Shown here one piece after another: positions 9,922-19,200 of a DNA stretch of 64,000 nt. The stretch is taken from IMG/VR virus record IMGVR_UViG_3300017710_002137, positions 17,209 to 81,208 of that record, one strand, 5' to 3'. Position numbers and translations under genes: made by a program. Position 1 is the first letter of the stretch, and every line of letters begins with the position of its first letter. A model generated the notes under the pieces. It had not been told where the DNA came from, made no database searches, and saw only the letters and a program-made list of their open reading frames with translations. Origin of the DNA: a virus.

Positions 9922-10643
9922 AAACATTTATAATCAGAATAAGTAGTAATGAAGATTCAGTTAGGTCTGTAAAACAAACAATCCAAAGTGCAAAAGATGT
10001 AGGATATAAAGAATCAATTGAAATATTTGAAGCAATTAAACCAACTGAGTGGAAAGAGATTCTACCATATGAAAATACGTTTCATAATTACGAAAGACCA
10101 GATAATGTTGGTGCTTGTTTTGCTTCTCATTATTTGTTGTGGAAAGAGTGTATAAAGTTAAATGAACCTATATTAATATTAGAACATGATGCAATATTCA
10201 AAAGTAATATACCTGATATAGATTTCAATATGTGTGTTAACTTTGGTAGACCGAGTTACATTAGACCTCATCATATGATTTATGAAGAACCAAAAGATGG
10301 ATTAAATTGGCCAAATCAAGTTAACTTCTTAGGTCATCATGCATATGCAATTAAACCAAATGCAGCTAAAATATTCTGTGAAGATGTAAAGAAAAGAACT
10401 TTATCTGCAAATGATGTATGGATTGAAAGAGTAACATATCCATGGTTAGAAGAATATAGACCATTCCCCATTTGGGCAGATACTGATTTCTCTACTATAC
10501 AAACGATGTTACCAGATGAAAACCCACTAAAACAAAAATATGATGAAATTACTGATGTTAATAGTCCTTATTACGATTATTTAATGAAACATTTTTCTCA
10601 TGTTCTAAAAGGACCACAATCAGAAAGACATATAGATATATGA
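9918..10643 (+). CDS. Glycosyltransferase family 25-like
   Basis: GACFASHYLLW...ILILEHDA, G-x-HAYAIKP-x-AAK. GTG start overlaps the upstream stop. Confidence 0.8.
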   Translation: MKTFIIRISSNEDSVRSVKQTIQSAKDVGYKESIEIFEAIKPTEWKEILPYENTFHNYERPDNVGACFASHYLLWKECIKLNEPILILEHDAIFKSNIPDIDFNMCVNFGRPSYIRPHHMIYEEPKDGLNWPNQVNFLGHHAYAIKPNAAKIFCEDVKKRTLSANDVWIERVTYPWLEEYRPFPIWADTDFSTIQTMLPDENPLKQKYDEITDVNSPYYDYLMKHFSHVLKGPQSERHIDI

Positions 10644-11176
10644 TATTAGAAAAAAATATATTATCTAAGAGTGAATGTGATTTGTTTATAGAAAGAGCAA
10701 CACTAAAAGGATTTAAAAATAGTTTAATTGGTGATGGAAACGAAAATTCTAATATAAGAACTTCCTATGAGGTAAATTTAGATATAGATGATGTAGTTGG
10801 TAATCTATTATTAAATAAATTAAATGAGTTTAATATTACATCACTACCAAAGTATCTAAAAGTAATAAAATACACTAAAGGTTCTTTTTTTAAAAAACAT
10901 AAAGATACCTACGATGATGTAAAAAATCGTAAAAGGTATAAAACAATGGTTTTACAACTATCTAATACTGCGGATTATCAAGGAGGTGATTTGAAGGTTT
11001 ATACTGACTTGAGTAAAGATATATATTTCCCTATATCAAGACAACAGGGTTCGGTTTCTATATTTCCAAGTGATTTTACACATGAGGTTTTGGAAATTAT
11101 TGACGGAATTAGGTACACTATTGTTATGTGGTTAGAATCAGATAATTTTGATAGTAATAAAAAAATATTAATATAA
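10640..11176 (+). CDS. 2OG-Fe(II) oxygenase (prolyl-hydroxylase-like)
   Basis: LSKSEC, RTS, HKD, YQGGDL, FPS...HEV, G-x-RYTIVMW. Confidence 0.85.
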   Translation: MILEKNILSKSECDLFIERATLKGFKNSLIGDGNENSNIRTSYEVNLDIDDVVGNLLLNKLNEFNITSLPKYLKVIKYTKGSFFKKHKDTYDDVKNRKRYKTMVLQLSNTADYQGGDLKVYTDLSKDIYFPISRQQGSVSIFPSDFTHEVLEIIDGIRYTIVMWLESDNFDSNKKILI

Positions 11177-11177
11177 A

Positions 11178-11209
11178 TTTGGAATTTACAAATATTTTTC
11201 GTATATTTG
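11178..11209 (+). promoter_or_regulatory. Bacteroidota-type sigma-A promoter (-33/-7)
   Basis: TTTG (11178-11181), 20-nt spacer, TATATTTG (11202-11209). Perfect consensus upstream of the primase gene. Confidence 0.75.
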
Positions 11210-11228
11210 TAGTGTTAAAAGTATAAAT

Positions 11229-12173
11229 ATGCTTTCACATCACGAGAAACAAGAGGTTATAAACATATTAAATGATGTTTTGGGTGTTGGTACATCGATG
11301 AAAAACGATGAACAAGCACACCATTGTCCATTCTGCCATCATCACAAGAAAAAGTTACAAGTTAATTTAAAAACACAATATTGGCATTGTTGGGTTTGTG
11401 ATGCAAAAGGAAGAAAGATACAGAGGTTACTTAAAAGACTGCATGTAGATTCTCGTAAATTAAAGAAAATATATGAAATCTATGGAGATGATTATGTTGT
11501 ATATTCAAAAGAAACTGAAGAAGAGAAGGTTGAGTTACGATTACCAAGTGAATTTAAATCACTTTTAAAAGTACCAACAGGTAAAGTAAAACCTGTGTAC
11601 AGAAAAGCTCTTAGGTATGCTGAAGATAGAGGTATTACTAAAGAAGATATTACAAGATATAATATCGGTTATTGTGATACTGGTATGTATTCCAATCGTA
11701 TTATTATTCCATCTTATGATTCTGATAACAGACTCAATTACTTCATCGCACGTTCTATACACTCTGAAGAAAAGTTTAAGTATAAGAATCCGCCAGTTTC
11801 GAAAAATGTTATTATGTTTGAAAACCAAATAAATTGGAACGAACCAATAACATTAGTTGAGGGTGTATTTGATGCAATGGCGGTAAAAAGAAATGCTATT
11901 CCTATACTTGGTAAATTTATTCCAAAAACTTTAAATGATACTATATATAAAAAGGGTGTTGAAAGTATCAATATATTATTGGATGGGGATGCTCAAGACC
12001 AGGCTTTATACTACACTATGCAATTCCAAAATCAAGGAATCACTACAAAAAATATTAAACCCACAGATAAAGATGCATCTGAAATGGGGTTCACAGAAGT
12101 AAATAATAAATTAAAAGAATCTAAGAAAACAGGATTCGGTGATATTATATCACAAAAACTAAAAGGTTTATGA
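11229..12173 (+). CDS. DNA primase (DnaG/T4 gp61-like)
   Basis: Zn finger CPFC...HCWVC, RIIIP, KYKNP, TOPRIM LVEGVFDAM and LDGD. Confidence 0.9.
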   Translation: MLSHHEKQEVINILNDVLGVGTSMKNDEQAHHCPFCHHHKKKLQVNLKTQYWHCWVCDAKGRKIQRLLKRLHVDSRKLKKIYEIYGDDYVVYSKETEEEKVELRLPSEFKSLLKVPTGKVKPVYRKALRYAEDRGITKEDITRYNIGYCDTGMYSNRIIIPSYDSDNRLNYFIARSIHSEEKFKYKNPPVSKNVIMFENQINWNEPITLVEGVFDAMAVKRNAIPILGKFIPKTLNDTIYKKGVESINILLDGDAQDQALYYTMQFQNQGITTKNIKPTDKDASEMGFTEVNNKLKESKKTGFGDIISQKLKGL

Positions 12174-15100
12174 TAATAAATAAGGTTTACCACCTTGCAG
12201 ATTTACACATTAGAAATCTACAAAGGCACAAAGAATACAAACAAGTATTTAAAAAATTCCTAAAACAAGTTAAAGAAGATAAAATTGAGGATTCCCTCAT
12301 TTATATTGCTGGTGATATTGCTCATGCTAAAACTGAGATGTCACCTGAACTCGTACACGAAATAAGTTGGTTTCTCACCGAGTGTGCGAAGTTAAGAGAA
12401 ACTGTGTTAATCACAGGTAATCATGATTGTAATTTAAATAATTCCCACAGACTAGATGTACTCACACCTATTATCGAAAATCTTGGAAATAATCGAATTC
12501 ATTATCTTCGTGATACTGGTGTCTATAATATCCATAATCTTACTTTTGTTGTTTATTCTATATTGGATGACAAAGAAAATTGGCCTAAAGGAGATACCAT
12601 TGATGGAGAAAATAAAATCGTTTTATTCCATGGACCAGTAAACAAAGCTCAAACAGATATCGGCTATACCGTTTCTTCAAACTCATTCCAAGTGGATATG
12701 TTTGATGGATTCGATATGGCCATGTTGGGTGATATCCACAAAAGACAAACATTCGGACCTGGTTATGAACACATTGCTTATGCTGGTTCTATGATTCAAC
12801 AAAATCATGGTGAGTTATTAGAGAATCATGGATATCTACTTTGGGATATTCCAACAAGAACTTTTACAGAACATCATCTACATAATGATTATGGATTCTT
12901 AACAGTTGATGTAGTTGATGGTAAGATACCTCAATGGGTGTATGATGAGGTTGGTACTAAACTTCCAAAGTATCCAAGATTAAGATTACGATTTACAAGA
13001 ACAGAAGCTTCTGATATGAAAAGAAGAATAACTGAACTAAAGAAGTTATTCAAAGTTGCTGAAGTTACTGTAACGAGAACTGATACAATAGGACAACTAA
13101 AAACAAATCAAAAGGTAAACAAAAACATCGTTGGTAATGTTAAAGATGAAACATTCCAAAACTCCTTAATACGAGATTACTTAGAAAGACAATATTTGTT
13201 AGAAGATGAGGAGTTAGATAAGATAGCAGAAATTAACTCAGAGTTAAATGGACAGATAGATGATTCAGATTCAATAGGTAACATCTTATGGACACCGAAA
13301 GAGTTTCAGTTTTCTAATATGTTTTCATATGGTGAGGATAACAAAGTAAGGTTTAATAAAGCTCAAGGTATCGTTGGTATCTTCGCTCCAAATGCCTCTG
13401 GTAAATCCTCTCTCTTCGATGCATTATCATTTTGTATCTATGATAAGACTTCTCGTACAAACATCTCTAAGAACATCTTAAATAATCGTAAAACAAACTT
13501 CTATTGTAAGTTTAACTTCGAGATAGATGGAATTGATTATTATATCGAAAGAAGAGCTAAATATGTTAGGAGACAAACATCGGTAAAGGTGGATGTAGAT
13601 TTTTGGAGAGATAACAATGGAGTTATAGAATCACTTAATGGAGAACAACGAAAAGATACTAATAAGGAAATAGAAAAGTACTTAGGTAAGTTCGAGGACT
13701 TTGTTTTAACTGCTCTTTCTCTACAAGGAAATAACGCACTCTTTATAGATAAATCACAATCGGAAAGAAAAGAAATACTTTCTCAATTCATTGGTGTAAA
13801 CATCTTTGATAAATTATATCAAAAGGCTGCTGATGAGAATAGGGATAATGCAACACTTATCAGAAAATTTAAGAGTGATGATTTTACGACAAAATTAGCG
13901 GAAATCGACACTGATTTAAAAACAAACAAAAATGATTATAAACTTTTAGAGATAAATCAAAAAGCTTTAAAAGACGAAGAAGATGTGTTGAACAAAAGGA
14001 TTATATCCCTAAACGAGAAAATCGTTAAGTTGAATGCTGATAGTGGGGTTTCGATTGAAGAGTTAGAAAAAAGATTGAAAAACCTCGAAACCAAAAAGGA
14101 TGGGGTTTCAACCACAAAAAGTTCGGTTCAAGAAAGAATCACCTTTAGGGAAGAACTACAAATTACTTTAGAAGAAATCTTAGATAAGTTTGATGAAGAA
14201 GATTTAGAAGAAGGAATTACAAAATTAAAAAGATTAAGAAAGAATTTATCTAATATTGATTCTGAAATAGAAAAAATTAATATTAAGTTAGAATCTTTAT
14301 ACGAAAGAAAACAGCACTTAGATTCACACAAATATAATGAGGATTGTGATATTTGTATGGAAAATTCTAAATCTATTTTAGATACAAAATCTGAAGTAGA
14401 ATCAAAGATAAAGGAGTTGGAAGAATCTTTACAACACAATGAAAAAGAAAAGTTAGATTTAAACATTGAGATTGATTCTTTGAAAGGATATGAGGATGAG
14501 TGGGATAAGTATAAAGATGCTAAAGATAAAGAGGATAAATTAGATAGAGAAATATCCCAACTTATCAACAAGTTATCAACAACCGAAACTGAAGAAATCC
14601 GTTTAGATACACAAATTACTCAACAGCAACAACTTATCAAAGAATATTATAAGAATGAGAAACAAATTCAGAAGAATAAAGAAATCAGAGATGAGATTAG
14701 TGGAGTAAGAGAAAAACTTACAATTGTTAAAGATGAACTTAAAGGATACAATACAGATATCCTTAAATTAAATGGTAAAGTATCAGCATTACAGAATCAG
14801 AAAGAAACTATTGAAGATAGAATCAATGAGGTTAAGGATATGGAATCTCAAAGTAGATTATTTGATTTTTACTTAAATGCTCTTTCTAAAGATGGTGTAT
14901 CTTATGAATTGATTGAAAAAGCATTACCAATGATTGAGGGTGAGGTAAACAATATTCTTGCACAAATCGTAGAGTTTGGAATGCAATTAGAAATTGATGG
15001 TAAAAACATTAATGCTTATTTAGTGTATGGAGACCAGAGATGGAGTTTGGAAATGTGTAGTGGAATGGAAAGGTTTATTAGTGGTTTAGCAATTAGAGTT

Positions 15101-15328
15101 GCTCTAATCAATGTATGTAACCTACCAAGACCTAATTTCCTTGTGATAGATGAAGGATTCGGTACATTAGATAGTGAGAACCTACAATCCCTATTTATGT
15201 TGTTTACATACCTTAAAACTCAGTTTGATTTCGTTATGATTATTTCACACATTGATTCAATGAGAGATGTTGTAGATGGTCTTATAGAGATTAAGAAAGA
15301 AAAAGGATTTTCTAATGTAAAATTTTAA
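12170..15328 (+). CDS. Fused Mre11/SbcD nuclease + Rad50/SbcC ATPase (gp47-gp46 fusion)
   Basis: ADLH, AGDI, GNHD, FHG and GDIH metallophosphoesterase motifs; Walker A PNASGKSS; coiled coil with CDIC zinc hook; CSGME signature; Walker B FLVIDEGFGTLD; ISH. Confidence 0.92.
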   Translation: MIINKVYHLADLHIRNLQRHKEYKQVFKKFLKQVKEDKIEDSLIYIAGDIAHAKTEMSPELVHEISWFLTECAKLRETVLITGNHDCNLNNSHRLDVLTPIIENLGNNRIHYLRDTGVYNIHNLTFVVYSILDDKENWPKGDTIDGENKIVLFHGPVNKAQTDIGYTVSSNSFQVDMFDGFDMAMLGDIHKRQTFGPGYEHIAYAGSMIQQNHGELLENHGYLLWDIPTRTFTEHHLHNDYGFLTVDVVDGKIPQWVYDEVGTKLPKYPRLRLRFTRTEASDMKRRITELKKLFKVAEVTVTRTDTIGQLKTNQKVNKNIVGNVKDETFQNSLIRDYLERQYLLEDEELDKIAEINSELNGQIDDSDSIGNILWTPKEFQFSNMFSYGEDNKVRFNKAQGIVGIFAPNASGKSSLFDALSFCIYDKTSRTNISKNILNNRKTNFYCKFNFEIDGIDYYIERRAKYVRRQTSVKVDVDFWRDNNGVIESLNGEQRKDTNKEIEKYLGKFEDFVLTALSLQGNNALFIDKSQSERKEILSQFIGVNIFDKLYQKAADENRDNATLIRKFKSDDFTTKLAEIDTDLKTNKNDYKLLEINQKALKDEEDVLNKRIISLNEKIVKLNADSGVSIEELEKRLKNLETKKDGVSTTKSSVQERITFREELQITLEEILDKFDEEDLEEGITKLKRLRKNLSNIDSEIEKINIKLESLYERKQHLDSHKYNEDCDICMENSKSILDTKSEVESKIKELEESLQHNEKEKLDLNIEIDSLKGYEDEWDKYKDAKDKEDKLDREISQLINKLSTTETEEIRLDTQITQQQQLIKEYYKNEKQIQKNKEIRDEISGVREKLTIVKDELKGYNTDILKLNGKVSALQNQKETIEDRINEVKDMESQSRLFDFYLNALSKDGVSYELIEKALPMIEGEVNNILAQIVEFGMQLEIDGKNINAYLVYGDQRWSLEMCSGMERFISGLAIRVALINVCNLPRPNFLVIDEGFGTLDSENLQSLFMLFTYLKTQFDFVMIISHIDSMRDVVDGLIEIKKEKGFSNVKF

Positions 15329-15963
15329 TGAAAGCGTATCACTTAGAAAAATCATTATTGGGTGGTGAAAAATTTCCTATCTATTATACACCAGAACTAA
15401 ATGGTGGTGGTCTTTTTTGGTGTAATCAATTAAAAGAAATAAAGTATTCTTTACCAAAAGTAAATTCTGTTATGGAAATGGGATGTGGGCCTGGATTTAT
15501 TGGGTTCTACATAAAACATCAACAAAACTTAAAAAAGTTAGTATTGATTGATATCTATGAACCAGTTAGAGAAGTAATTAATAAAACTATTAAAGAGTGT
15601 GGTTGGGAAGATGATGTGGAGTTATACATTAGTAATGGATTAGATGATTATACTGGTAGTAAAGTAGATATGGTTGTTTGTAATCCACCTCATTTAACAT
15701 CTCTTAGTGATTTTGAAAAGCATAAACATTTACAGACGGGTATTACTAAAAGAATGTTACTTGATGATGAGTTAAGGTTACATAAAAATTTTTTAGAAAA
15801 CCTTGATGCTGTACTTCATCCAAATGGTTATGTTTTTTTATTAGAAAATAAAACGTCCGTTTTACCTGAAACGATATTAAAAATAAACCCCAAGCTTAAA
15901 ATTATAGATTACATAGACCATCCTTCTTCTATGTGTTATTCTGCACTTTACCAACTTACTTAG
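15328..15963 (+). CDS. Class I SAM-dependent methyltransferase (NPP-motif, amino-methyltransferase-like)
   Basis: EMGCGPGFIG SAM-binding motif and VCNPPH. Confidence 0.8.
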   Translation: MKAYHLEKSLLGGEKFPIYYTPELNGGGLFWCNQLKEIKYSLPKVNSVMEMGCGPGFIGFYIKHQQNLKKLVLIDIYEPVREVINKTIKECGWEDDVELYISNGLDDYTGSKVDMVVCNPPHLTSLSDFEKHKHLQTGITKRMLLDDELRLHKNFLENLDAVLHPNGYVFLLENKTSVLPETILKINPKLKIIDYIDHPSSMCYSALYQLT

Positions 15964-16126
15964 AAACTCGTAATACATTGTTTGGTTTATCTTTATCAGA
16001 TATACCTAATTTTATTTTTATCAATCTTTCAACTAATCCACTTTTAGAATAACCATTCTCACAGCAGTAATCGTGTAATTCTTTATATAATTCCCTTTTA
16101 ACTTGTATTGTAGTATATTTTCCCAT
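15956..16126 (-). CDS. Small ribbon-helix-helix-like DNA-binding protein
   Basis: MGKYTTIQVKRELYKELHDYCCENGYSKSGLVERLI fits a beta-helix-G-x-S-helix RHH pattern. It fills an otherwise empty gap. Probable start is 16126. Confidence 0.65.
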   Translation of the reverse strand: MGKYTTIQVKRELYKELHDYCCENGYSKSGLVERLIKIKLGISDKDKPNNVLRVSK

Positions 16127-16143
16127 AATATATAGATTTCTAT

Positions 16144-16182
16144 TGAATATATATTCATAAATATAAATCAAATATATTTATA
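16144..16182. promoter_or_regulatory. Divergent control region: 14-bp palindrome, minus-strand -7 box, plus-strand late motif
   Basis: TGAATATATATTCA (16144-16157) is a perfect palindrome. CAAATATA (16169-16176) reads TATATTTG on the minus strand. ATATTTATA at 16174-16182. Confidence 0.45.
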
Positions 16183-16205
16183 GTAAGATTAATAGGAAAT
16201 ATTTT

Positions 16206-19200
16206 ATGGCAATTATCAAGAAATTTTCACCATTTCAAAATCTTAGTAACTTTTCAACATTTGTTGATGATGATAATCCAAATTCAGAATACTTTAAGAT
16301 TACTGAATTTAAGGAAACATTTACAGGTGGTAAAAACGGGTTTCTTATAGAAGGGTGTCCGGAATTAAAAGAAAGTTCTGAGGTTAAGATAGAACTACTT
16401 GATGTGGAGGGAAATCCCATATACTTCGAGCCTGGAGATGGTATACCAGAATATTATGAAGGTACATCTAAATTAATATCAGTTCATGTTTATGAGGATA
16501 CTCCAATTGGATTGGGAAAGATAACTATACTTGGTGAACTAAAACAATATAAAGATTCTTTTGGAGCTCTTGTAGATATACCCAATGAATGGAGGGGTGT
16601 TTACAATGTTAAGTGGGAAAGAACATTTCAGGTAAATAAAAATTTATCCAATGAAACAACTGTTAGGTTTTATAAAAGACCTTCAGTAACAATTACAGAA
16701 TTAATAAAACCCATATTTTCTAAATCTATTCCAACTGTAACTGATACTGGTCATGTACATGGGTTTTCTATAACACCATCTGTTGGTGAAAATATTACAA
16801 CATGGAGAGCTGGTACATCATATGGATTACGATTAACAAGTGGTTCTTGGGATGTTGATGTAGATGAAAATATTATTACAATTTCAAATCCTTCATATCA
16901 AGCTAGAATAATTGAAGTATTGGATTCGAAACAGGTACTTGTTGATATACCTTATACTGAAAATAATATTGTAACAGATTTTGAATCTGGTTCTTATTCT
17001 GTTACTTATACTGATTTTCAAAATCAAGTTGTTGGAGAAACTTCTTTAACAGGTTCATTTGCTAAAGTAGATATATCACAACTTAAAACTTTTGTTGGTG
17101 ATGTTGCTAGAGTAAAGGTATTTAGAAAATCAAGAAACGCTGTTGGTGATTTTCAATTTGTACAAGAATCAAAATTAGAATCATCAGAATTACTTAGAGA
17201 TATTACAACAACATCGGATACGGAATTGTCGTATGGTAGATTCGATGAAAACAACTTAACTAACTATTGGGTAACCTCATCTGATTCACATCCTACTTCA
17301 ATCAACTCAGATGTTTTATCTCAAGCAGTAAAGATTGATTATGATGAGAATGTAGGTGGTGTACAGAGATTAATAACATCAGAATCAATATCAGTATCAA
17401 GTGATGTTGAATATACACTAAACTTTAGAACATTACTAAGTGGTTCACTTGATGATAGTGGTAAAACAATAAGGGCGTTTTTTAGTTCATCAAACTTTAC
17501 ACAAGATTTTACAACAATAAGTGGTTCTGCTATTTATAGAGCAAGACAAAATATATCTGAAAATATTATATCTCAAAATACTGGTGATGCAAAATTAGTA
17601 TTCGAGGTTCAAGGTTCTGATTGGTACATTTCAAATGTATCTTTAAGAAATGCACAAGAATCATCATTTTCACCAGATGAATTTACTTTAATTCAAGATA
17701 TTCCAAGAAAAACTGCATCTGAAACATTTGATTTTAGATTTGAGTTTTATGATATCAATAACAATTATATACCTGTTGATGTTTCTGCTGTTGGTGTATT
17801 TAATGGTGGTAATGATTTTCCTACAAGTGCAAAATTATTAACATTTGAATCCGATAGAAATGCATTTAGATTTTCAAGTGGTTCGGTACAAAATCCAAAG
17901 AATCAACAAATACAACTTAAGATAACCCAAAATAACTTAACGGGTTCAATATTGTTTGAATCATCTGCATTTGATGTTGATGGTAATTATTTAAATCCAA
18001 ATGATTATACACAATATCCTGGTTTACTAACAGGTGTAAATCCAGCTGGAGGGTTAATTACTATAAATAATTTTACTGGTTCAAGAACTGATAATTCACC
18101 AACTCCTTTTGTTGGTTCTGTTATTTATACCGCTTCATTAGAAAACTTACAAGAGTTTGAAACTGTTTATAGATTAGAAGATGGTGATAATGCACCTCAA
18201 CTTATTGTAACTTCAAACGCAAATCAATTTACATATGAACCAACTGCATTAGAACCAAAGCCATCTGGTCAATCGATTACAGTTAGAGCTCAGAGAAAAA
18301 ACTTAGCATCTTTAATTACACCAATAGAAATAAATAGTGGTAGTAATAAACCTAAATTAAATTATGTAGATACTGTTAATGGTATAGATACATATACTTT
18401 AACCGCAACTACATTCTCAGCTTCTTTTTCCGATAACTCATTTGATGAAGTAACTTATTCATTTACTGGTTCGGATGTATTTGGTAATAAACAATCAGAT
18501 GAAATTACGATTTCAAAAGTAGTTAACTTTGATGGTGTATCTATAACTCTTACAAACGATTCAACTACATTTAGAGCAAATGGACAAGGAGCGGTTCTTG
18601 ATAATTTTGCAAGTGGTGATGGTGAGGTAGAAGTTAGAATTGCAAATAAAGAGATACAACATAGTGATGGACTAACTTCACCAAACAGATTTGATATTGT
18701 ATCCGCAACAGCAACAAATGTGACTGAGGCATATTCATCCTATACTACCAATGAATATGGTATTTCCTCATTATCTGCAGATAGTGGTTCTTTGATACTG
18801 AGTGTAAAATATCTTGCTGGTGATAATAGTACTTCACAATCTTTTCAGAAAAAAGTAAACTATACTAAAAACAGAATAGCATCCCCTTCTATTGTATTTG
18901 ATACTACAAATAAAACACAGAATGTAGATGCTAAATCAACGGGTGCACAATTAAGTTCATTTGATTCATCTACAATGGCTATTCGAGAATTCTATACAGG
19001 TTCTCTTACATCATTTTCTTCAGCTAATATCGATTTAACAATAACATCTGGTTCTAACGATGTAAGTGGAAATCCTTTAGTAACAAGGAGTGGATTAAGT
19101 TTATCTTATGGTGAATTACCAAATAATACAAACTCAACTCAAGTAGGATTAACTGCTACAGTAACAGATAGTGAAGGAACAAGTAGAGAGGTTAGTGATA

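Noticed and set aside
11222-11229. T4-type late promoter TATAAATA before primase
   Set aside because: It overlaps the start codon, and a complete host-type promoter lies just upstream. Likely chance in AT-rich DNA.
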